Shown here in pieces: positions 25,440-32,006 of a stretch of 32,006 nt of DNA. The position numbers and the translations under genes are program-made. Below the pieces are notes generated by a model. It was not told the DNA's origin. It did not search any database and was given only the letters and a program-made list of their open reading frames with translations. Source of the stretch: Candidatus Zixiibacteriota bacterium (GTDB lineage Bacteria > Zixibacteria > MSB-5A5 > GN15 > JAAZOE01); NCBI GenBank assembly GCA_030588275.1, contig JAUUYJ010000001.1, positions 1 through 32,006 of the forward strand, written 5' to 3'. The stretch's first letter is position 1. The number at the start of each line of letters is the position of its first letter.

Positions 25440-26396
25440 ATGGATAGGAATCTGGCGCTTGAGATGGTCCGCGTCACGGAAGCGGCGGCCTTAAGTTGCG
25501 CTCGCTGGGTTGGCAAAGGTGATGGAATCAACGCCGATCAGGCAGCGGTCAACGCTATGCGAAAAACCTTTGATGTGATCCAGTTCGACGGAACGGTTGT
25601 CATTGGTGAAGGGGAGCGGGACGAAGCTCCGATGCTTTTTATCGGCGAGAAAGTCGGCGCTGGGGGAGCCCCGGAAGTTGACATCGCCCTCGATCCTCTG
25701 GAATGCACCAACTCGGTCGCTTACGGTCGGCCCAACGCTTTAGCGGTTGTGGCTCTGGCTCCCAAAGGCTGTTTCTTACACGCCCCCGATACCTATATGG
25801 AAAAAATCGCTACCGGTCCCAAAGCGGCGGAAGCGATCAGCCTGAATAATACGGTTGAAGAAAATGTAAATGGGGTTGCGGCGGCACTCGAAATGGACGT
25901 ATCAAATATGACCGTCGTAATTCTCGATCGGGAACGCCATGAAGATTTAATCCGACGGGTTCGGGCCACCGGTGCCCGGATTCAGTTGATCTCCGACGGG
26001 GATGTTTCGGCGGCGATTGCTACTGCCGTCCCGGATACCGGGGTCGATTTACTTATGGGTATTGGTGGGGCACCCGAAGGGGTTTTGGCCGCCGCCGCCT
26101 TGCGCTGTGTTGGGGGCGGGATGCAAGGCCGTCTGATGCCACGAAATCAAGAAGAGATTGACCGGGCCAAAAAAATGGGTGTCGAGGATATCAATAAGAT
26201 ATTTGACCTGCATGAACTGGCGATGGGCGACTCGATAATGTTTTGTGCCACCGGTGTTACGACCGGTGATATGCTGAAGGGTGTTCGATTTTTCCCCGGC
26301 GGTGCTTATACTCACTCGCTGGTGATGCGAGCCAGTTCAGGAACTTTGCGATATATTGAAACTCAGCATTTCTTTGACCGTAAACCGAAGTACTAG
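25440..26396 (+). CDS. glpX: Class II fructose-1,6-bisphosphatase
   Basis: 318 aa. LALEMVRVTEAAAL, DQAAVNAMR, VIGEGERDEAPMLFIGEKVG, DIALDPLE, YMEKIA, DGDVSAAI and GIGGAPEGVLAAAA align by eye with E. coli GlpX. Confidence 0.93.
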   Translation: MDRNLALEMVRVTEAAALSCARWVGKGDGINADQAAVNAMRKTFDVIQFDGTVVIGEGERDEAPMLFIGEKVGAGGAPEVDIALDPLECTNSVAYGRPNALAVVALAPKGCFLHAPDTYMEKIATGPKAAEAISLNNTVEENVNGVAAALEMDVSNMTVVILDRERHEDLIRRVRATGARIQLISDGDVSAAIATAVPDTGVDLLMGIGGAPEGVLAAAALRCVGGGMQGRLMPRNQEEIDRAKKMGVEDINKIFDLHELAMGDSIMFCATGVTTGDMLKGVRFFPGGAYTHSLVMRASSGTLRYIETQHFFDRKPKY

Positions 26397-26428
26397 TTAA
26401 TTATTTATATCCTATAGAGGAGGTCGCT

Positions 26429-26788
26429 ATGAACACCAATGTTACGGCCCGTCATTTTGAATTAACCGCTGAATTAAAATCCTTAGCCGACGAAAATTTT
26501 ACCTCTCTGGAAAAATATTTTGATCGCATCATTTCATGCGATCTGATTCTTGATGTTGAAAAGCATCGCAAAATGGCCGAAGTGCAAACCAAGGTCTATG
26601 GCCAGACTTTAAGAGCCACCTCCGAATCAAGTGATATGTACGTCTCTATTGAGGCCGCCTTTGATAAGGCCAGCGCTCAGCTCAAAAAGTACAAGGGGAA
26701 GCTAAAACATAAAGACCCCAAAGAGATTAAAGAGACGGCCGACGATGCCACCCGTCCCGAAACTGATGTTGATGCTGTCGATTATTAG
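26429..26788 (+). CDS. hpf: Ribosome hibernation promoting factor / sigma54 modulation protein family (short form)
   Basis: 119 aa. GAGGAGG SD. NVTARHFELTAELKSLADENFTSLEKYFDRI...DMYVSIEAAFDKASAQLKKYKGKL matches the HPF/RaiA pattern. Confidence 0.9.
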   Translation: MNTNVTARHFELTAELKSLADENFTSLEKYFDRIISCDLILDVEKHRKMAEVQTKVYGQTLRATSESSDMYVSIEAAFDKASAQLKKYKGKLKHKDPKEIKETADDATRPETDVDAVDY

Positions 26789-26799
26789 GGAGACTGTTT

Positions 26800-27771
26800 T
26801 TGGCTGATAATATTACTGTCAAGAAGATCTTCGACAATCGCAAAGATGATCTTCTCCTGACCCTTTTAAACTCTGAGGAAGGGTTAAAAAAAAAGGTTGA
26901 GTCGGCTGAGGTTTACCGGCCCGGGTTGGCTTTGGCTGGGTTTGTCGAACGCTTTCCAAACAAACGAACAATGGTGTTTGGAGAAACCGAACTGGCCTAT
27001 CTCAATAGTTTGGGCAAAGAGGATCTGATCGGCTCTCTCGAAAGATTTTTCGCATTTGACATCCCCTGTATAATTATTTCCAAAGGAATTATCCCACCAC
27101 TTGAAATTCTGGCTATGGCCGACCGAAAAAAAACGGCCGTCTTTTCCTCTCGAAGATCAACCACCGATCTGGTTAGCCGGCTTTCGGTTTACCTCGACAA
27201 TCAATTCGCTCCGACGATTACCCTTCATGGAACATTGGTCGATGTCTATGGTGTCGGCCTGCTTTACACCGGCAAATCGGGGGTTGGAAAATCAGAATGT
27301 GCCCTCGATCTGATTGAACGGGGTCACCGTCTTGTGGCTGATGATGTTATCAAAATCACGCGCAAATCGGCCAACTACTTAGTTGGCACCTCAAGCGAAA
27401 TCCTGGGACAACATATGGAGGTTCGCGGGATCGGCATCATCGATGTTGAGGCGTTGTTTGGTATCCGGGCGATCCGGCTCCAAAAGCGGGTTGAGGCGGA
27501 AGTCCGCTTATCGTACTGGGAAGATACGGCCGATTATGAGCGGCTTGGAATTGATGAAAAATACACGACCGTATTAGGGGTTGAAATTCCGCTTATCACG
27601 ATCCCGGTCTCACCGGGTAAAAATATTACGGTTATTTCGGAAGTAATCGCGATGAATTTGATGCTCAAAGTTTATGGGGAGCATTCGGCTCAGGACTTTT
27701 CACGCCGTTTGACCGAGCGGTTGGCTCGCGCCGGAAATGTAGGCGATTACCTCGAATCTGATTATGAATAA
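26800..27771 (+). CDS. hprK: HPr kinase/phosphorylase
   Basis: 323 aa. TTG start with GGGAG 7 nt upstream. LHGTLVDVYGVGLLYTGKSGVGKSECALDLIERGHRLVADD carries the P-loop. The signature MEVRGIGIIDV is also present. Confidence 0.92.
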   Translation: MADNITVKKIFDNRKDDLLLTLLNSEEGLKKKVESAEVYRPGLALAGFVERFPNKRTMVFGETELAYLNSLGKEDLIGSLERFFAFDIPCIIISKGIIPPLEILAMADRKKTAVFSSRRSTTDLVSRLSVYLDNQFAPTITLHGTLVDVYGVGLLYTGKSGVGKSECALDLIERGHRLVADDVIKITRKSANYLVGTSSEILGQHMEVRGIGIIDVEALFGIRAIRLQKRVEAEVRLSYWEDTADYERLGIDEKYTTVLGVEIPLITIPVSPGKNITVISEVIAMNLMLKVYGEHSAQDFSRRLTERLARAGNVGDYLESDYE

Positions 27772-27962
27772 AGGGCCAACTCGGCCCGGGATGCCGGTGT
27801 AGTCTTCCTCTTTTAATTCATTTATTTTTGTGAAACCTTTTTTTCTCGTTTTATGATTGCAACTTGGCCGTTTATTTCTCGTATAAACTTGAGATAAGAA
27901 TGATTTTGTAAACAAATGATACTTCACTCCCTCACACTTGACCCTGATACGGGAGGATAGAA

Positions 27963-29507
27963 ATGTCCCAAGTCACACGCAGGAAATTTCTGAAAAACAG
28001 CGCCAAAGGTATTGCTTTGGTGAGCATTCCGATTTTTTTCAAATTTAACCCAATGGCCGCTTTGGCATCTGAGCCAACGGCTGTTTTGGGATCGACCGAT
28101 TATTTTAATCACTTCGGCGTAACCGAAGCACTGTTACGCGAGATCATGGAAGATGCTTTGAGTCGTGGGGGCGATTATTGCGATCTATTTTTCCAGCATA
28201 CTATTTCAAGTTATGTTGGTCTTGAAGATGATCTTGTCAACCGGGCTTATACCGGTGTCGATTTTGGTGTCGGTATCCGGGTTCTCAAAGGAGATCAGAC
28301 CGGTTACTCCTTCACCGAGGAGATCACACCCAAGACGATGAAGCTGGCCGCCAAAACCGCCGCCAATATAGCAACCGGAACAGCGAAAGCTCTGCCGGAC
28401 GCTTTCAAAGTCAAAAACCCGGCCAACTATTACCCGATTGAAGCCTCATGGGAATCGATCAAAATAGATCAAAAAATTCCATACATCAAAAAACTGAACG
28501 AAAGTTCAATTGCTCTGGAAAGTAACATCATCAAATCCCGGGCCTATTTTACCGACGATACTTCCTACATCATGTCGGTAAATTCCGAAGGATTGATTCG
28601 TTATGATTATCAACCGATGACCCAATTTGGGATTACCTTGACCGCGGAGAAAAATGGTGAGCGTCAATCGGCCGGATTCAACCTTTCCGGTCGGTATGGG
28701 ATTGATCGGTTCTCCGATAAGAAAATAAAATATATGGCTCGTCGGGCGGTTGATCGGACAATGACCCTCTTTGATGCGGTCAAACCGGAAGCGGGCGAGA
28801 TGCCGGTGGTGCTGGCGGCCGGATCATCCGGAATTCTATTACACGAGGCGATTGGTCACGGCATGGAAGCTGATTTCAACCGCAAAGAGATATCAATCTT
28901 CGCGGATAAAATCGACAAGCCGGTGGCCGAGAATTTTGTCAGTATTGTTGATGATGGAACCAACGATAATTTGCGCGGTTCGATCAATGTTGATGATGAA
29001 GGTGGAAGTCCGGAGAAAACCTATCTGGTTAGAGATGGCATTATGCGTAGCTACATTCATGATCGGATTTCGGCCAAGCATTATGGTGTTAAGCCGACCG
29101 GTTCCGGGCGACGTCAGTCGTTTCGGCATGCCCCTCTGCCTCGGATGCGCAATACTTATATGGAAAATGGTCCTCACGATAAAGAGGAGATCATCAAAAG
29201 CGTTAAAAAAGGTCTCTATGCCGAAGTCTTTTCCAATGGCCAGGTCTTTATCGGAGCTGGTGACTTTTCGTTCTATGTTACCGGCGGCACGTTGATTGAA
29301 GATGGTAAGCTAACCAAGCCGGTCAAAGATATCAACATCATTGGCAATGGCCCGGATGTCCTGAAGAAAATCACAATGGTCGCAGGAGATATGAAGATGG
29401 CCGAAGGTGGTTGGACGTGCGGCAAAAATGGCCAGTCGGTGCCGGTTTCGATGGGTTTACCAACGGTCAAAGTTTCGTCGATAACCGTGGGCGGGATGAA
29501 TTCATAG
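27963..29507 (+). CDS. tldD: TldD-family metalloprotease with twin-arginine (Tat) signal peptide
   Basis: 514 aa. GGGAGGA SD. The N-terminus MSQVTRRKFLKNSAKGIALVSIPIFF...MAALA|SEP matches the (S/T)RRxFLK consensus followed by an AxA site. HEAIGHGMEAD (HExxxH) and the GNGP/GxC motifs of TldD are present. Confidence 0.9.
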   Translation: MSQVTRRKFLKNSAKGIALVSIPIFFKFNPMAALASEPTAVLGSTDYFNHFGVTEALLREIMEDALSRGGDYCDLFFQHTISSYVGLEDDLVNRAYTGVDFGVGIRVLKGDQTGYSFTEEITPKTMKLAAKTAANIATGTAKALPDAFKVKNPANYYPIEASWESIKIDQKIPYIKKLNESSIALESNIIKSRAYFTDDTSYIMSVNSEGLIRYDYQPMTQFGITLTAEKNGERQSAGFNLSGRYGIDRFSDKKIKYMARRAVDRTMTLFDAVKPEAGEMPVVLAAGSSGILLHEAIGHGMEADFNRKEISIFADKIDKPVAENFVSIVDDGTNDNLRGSINVDDEGGSPEKTYLVRDGIMRSYIHDRISAKHYGVKPTGSGRRQSFRHAPLPRMRNTYMENGPHDKEEIIKSVKKGLYAEVFSNGQVFIGAGDFSFYVTGGTLIEDGKLTKPVKDINIIGNGPDVLKKITMVAGDMKMAEGGWTCGKNGQSVPVSMGLPTVKVSSITVGGMNS

Positions 29508-29565
29508 TTGTGCGATTCCAGCAGAACTATGAAATTCAAACATAAAATGATGAGGCCATAAAAAA

Positions 29566-30888
29566 ATGAATAATAAAGAAAAACTGGAAATGGCACACTG
29601 GGCGGTGGCTCAAGCCAAGAAGCATGGAGCCGACGAGGTTGCCATAAGTATCTCAAACAGTCGCGATATTGAGATTGAGTATCGTGACAAAAAAATTGAA
29701 ACGCTCAAAGAGTCATCCCAGAACTCATTGAGCTTAACAATTTACACCGATCACAAGTTTTCCAATCACACCACCAACGACATCCGAAAAGAATCGCTGG
29801 CACCGTTTATCTCAGAAGCGGTGGCGATGACCAAGTATCTAAGCTCTGATCAGTTCCGTGAGTTAGGTAATCCGAAATTTTACGAAGGGCGCTCAACTGC
29901 CGACCTAAAACTTCGTGATCCAAATTACGAATCGATGACCTCCAAAAAACGGGTCGAAGTCGCCCGGCAGATCGAAGACGCGGCCCAGTCGGTATCGGAT
30001 AAAATAATATCTTGCACCGGTGGCTATGGTGATACCTATTCGGAATCGATCAAGGTTTTGTCAAACGGCTTTGAAGGGGAAAGAACGACAACCGTTTTTT
30101 ATGCCGGTTCGCAAGCGACGATTGATGATGGAAATGGTGGTCGACCGCAGGATTGGTATTATGGTGTGACCCGTAACTTTGACGACCTTCCCAAGACGGC
30201 AATGTTGGGCCGTTCAGCGGTCGAACGGGCCTTGCGCAAAGTTGGTCAGACCAAAATCGCCTCGGGTGAGTATGACATGATTGTCGAAAACCGCACGGTC
30301 AGTCGTCTTCTGTCCGCTTTGTACGGTCCGATGAGAGCTCGGTCACTTCAGCAACGCTCCTCCTTTTTGGAAGGGAAGCTGGGTGAAAAAATCGCATCAG
30401 ATAAGCTGACGATGATCGACGATCCGTTTGTCCCTTCCGGGATGGGGTCGCGCCATTACGACGGCGATGGCTTTTCAGCCCGCAAACGGACCATAATCGA
30501 CAAGGGTGTTTTGAAAGAGTACTTTGTGGATAATTACTATGGCAAGAAGTTGGGGATGGAGCCAAACTCTGGTGGCACCTCCAACGTTGTTCTGGAATCT
30601 GGTTCCAAGTCGGTCGATGAGATGATCGCTTCGGTTGACAAAGGAATCTATGTTACCGGATTTTTGGGTGGCAACTCCAACTCGACGACCGGTGACTTTT
30701 CTTATGGAATCGTCGGACAGTTGATCGAGGGTGGCAAAATCATCAAATCGGTCAACGAGATGAATATCTCCGGGTTCTTAGTCGATCTGTGGCAAGGGTT
30801 GGGAGAGGTTGGAAACGACCCATACATTTATTCATCCTGGCGTTTGCCAACATTAAAGTTCAACGGAGTGCAGTTTAGCGGAGTATAA
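29566..30888 (+). CDS. pmbA: PmbA/TldE-family protein, no signal peptide
   Basis: 440 aa. PmbA_TldD-family C-terminal motifs: GSRHYDGDGFSARK, GIYVTGFLGGNSNSTTGDFSYG and LPTLKFNGVQFSG. An in-frame stop lies just upstream of the ATG, so no hidden N-terminal extension exists. Confidence 0.88.
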   Translation: MNNKEKLEMAHWAVAQAKKHGADEVAISISNSRDIEIEYRDKKIETLKESSQNSLSLTIYTDHKFSNHTTNDIRKESLAPFISEAVAMTKYLSSDQFRELGNPKFYEGRSTADLKLRDPNYESMTSKKRVEVARQIEDAAQSVSDKIISCTGGYGDTYSESIKVLSNGFEGERTTTVFYAGSQATIDDGNGGRPQDWYYGVTRNFDDLPKTAMLGRSAVERALRKVGQTKIASGEYDMIVENRTVSRLLSALYGPMRARSLQQRSSFLEGKLGEKIASDKLTMIDDPFVPSGMGSRHYDGDGFSARKRTIIDKGVLKEYFVDNYYGKKLGMEPNSGGTSNVVLESGSKSVDEMIASVDKGIYVTGFLGGNSNSTTGDFSYGIVGQLIEGGKIIKSVNEMNISGFLVDLWQGLGEVGNDPYIYSSWRLPTLKFNGVQFSGV

Positions 30889-30954
30889 GAAATAGAGGGC
30901 GGCGCTGAAGGGATTTGCGCCGGTAGATAGTTTTTTCAGGGATGGCAGGTAAGT

Positions 30955-30987
30955 AAACGGAGCCTTTTTATAAGGCTCCGTTTTTTT
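30955..30987 (+). terminator. Rho-independent terminator between convergent pmbA and dockerin-protein genes
   Basis: AAACGGAGCC (30955-30964) pairs with GGCTCCGTTT (30974-30983); the loop is 9 nt. T7 run at 30981-30987. Confidence 0.8.
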
Positions 30988-31037
30988 GTGTGCAGTCTGA
31001 AATTAACCGCTTCGTCAAAAAGAATGCGCCTATTGGA

Positions 31038-31835
31038 TTATTCCCCAGGACAGGTCGGTGGGGGACCATCCTTGAAAATAGAATTTATCAGATAGACAAC
31101 ATCGCCGACATTGACCGCATTGTCAAGGTTGGTGTCACCCAGCATAATCAGATTGGGTGCGGGGCCCTGCTTAAAAATATGGTTAATCAAAAAGACTGCG
31201 TCTCCGACGTTGATGTATGCGTCACCATTTGGATTTCCACAAATCATTACTACCGGCCAACACCAGTCGGGGGTATAGTCAGGAGTAATTGATTCGCCCG
31301 CTTCATTTGCGAAGTACGACGGAGTATCACCCCAATAGTAGATGGGATGATCTTCTATACAGATCGTACCAAGGTACCCATTAGCCCACTCCCCCTCAAT
31401 TAGTGGTATAATGTTAAAGCCGAACATCGGCTCAAGTGGACCTGCAAGCATCCCATTAAGTGTTCCAGCAAAAATAGCAAATGAATCTGCCGGGGCACCA
31501 TCGATATTCCCCCCTTCAACCGTAAACCCGGTTAAATACCATGTCATATCCATTCTGCTATCGGGAATTATGGAGCAATTCATGTCTTGATAGTCCCAGA
31601 TAATTCCATCTGGCGACGATATTTCTAAATTTAGAAGAAACGCAGCCAACTTGGCATCATTCTCAATCATAATTTGAAGCTGATAATTACCCCCGACGTA
31701 AATTGTATCCACCGGCTCGGTCGTGCCTTGCTTAGCCATCTGCCACGAGACAAGGTTGTCAGCAGATGCTGTCGCCGATAAGGCCAGCATAATAATAATG
31801 ACGATACAAAGTTGGAGTCTTTTTAATCTTCTCAT
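31038..31835 (-). CDS. Secreted protein with C-terminal dockerin-like double EF-hand module
   Basis: 265 aa. Signal peptide MRRLKRLQLCIVIIIMLALSATASA. C-terminus CGNPNGDAYINVGDAVFLINHIFKQGPAP...GDTNLDNAVNVGDVVYLINSIFKDGPPP. The N-terminal beta-rich part (IYVGGNYQLQIMIENDAKLAAFLLNLEIS) may be cohesin-like. Confidence 0.8.
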   Translation of the reverse strand: MRRLKRLQLCIVIIIMLALSATASADNLVSWQMAKQGTTEPVDTIYVGGNYQLQIMIENDAKLAAFLLNLEISSPDGIIWDYQDMNCSIIPDSRMDMTWYLTGFTVEGGNIDGAPADSFAIFAGTLNGMLAGPLEPMFGFNIIPLIEGEWANGYLGTICIEDHPIYYWGDTPSYFANEAGESITPDYTPDWCWPVVMICGNPNGDAYINVGDAVFLINHIFKQGPAPNLIMLGDTNLDNAVNVGDVVYLINSIFKDGPPPTCPGE

Positions 31836-31856
31836 CTCTTCATTCCCTCTAATGTC

Positions 31857-32006
31857 TTACTCAGGGCAGGCCGGTCTTGGGCCGGTTAGAAAAGCAGAGT
31901 TTATCAAAAAGATAACGTCGCCAACATTGACAGCACCATCAAGATTAGCATCTCCCAGCATAATCGGATTGGGAGCCGCGCCACTTCTAAAAATATGATT
32001 TATCAA
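31857..32006 (-). CDS. 3' end of a paralogous dockerin-tailed protein (truncated by window edge)
   Basis: The minus-strand frame reads LINHIFRSGAAPNPIMLGDANLDGAVNVGDVIFLINSAFLTGPRPACPE with stop at 31857-31859. It is absent from the ORF track. It closely parallels the tail of the downstream gene, and the gap to that gene's ATG is 21 nt. Confidence 0.75.
   Translation of the reverse strand: MINHIFRSGAAPNPIMLGDANLDGAVNVGDVIFLINSAFLTGPRPACPE

Overview
32-kb chromosomal segment. I saw no rRNA, tRNA, CRISPR array, transposase, integrase or phage genes. About 25 protein genes are mostly housekeeping or envelope-related. All family calls were made by eye from motifs; no searches were run. The host is a diderm bacterium. 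Its secreted proteins carry T9SS-type C-terminal sorting domains and dockerin-like EF-hand repeats, and many genes have Shine-Dalgarno sites. This fits an uncultivated FCB-group lineage (Zixibacteria/Latescibacteria-like), but the lineage call is inference only. Gene order: (1) + strand module 156-5436: periplasm-sensing histidine kinase, sigma54 activator, long secreted helical protein with an N-terminal LTXXQ motif, predicted beta-barrel OMP. (2) 872-aa secreted protein with cohesin-like, Ig-like and dockerin modules and a T9SS CTD. (3) GC-rich mosaic repeat block. (4) ruvX, mltG. (5) - strand module: sensor-less kinase, second sigma54 activator (GAFTSA loop), GAF protein. (6) kdsB, and pyrG broken by a 1-nt frameshift in an A6 run. 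(7) FG-GAP propeller, YbbR-domain protein, tsaD. (8) ~380-bp convergent gap with two oppositely polarised terminator hairpins and a 12-bp long-range stem. (9) TPR lipoprotein. (10) lptB-rpoN-glpX-hpf-hprK. (11) Tat-signal TldD plus signal-less PmbA. (12) two tandem secreted paralogs ending in dockerin repeats. Best candidates for undescribed biology: the cohesin/dockerin + T9SS surface-assembly set, the Zra/Cpx-like sigma54 module with a giant LTXXQ protein and an OMP, the Tat-exported TldD/PmbA pair, and the dispersed intergenic repeat family.
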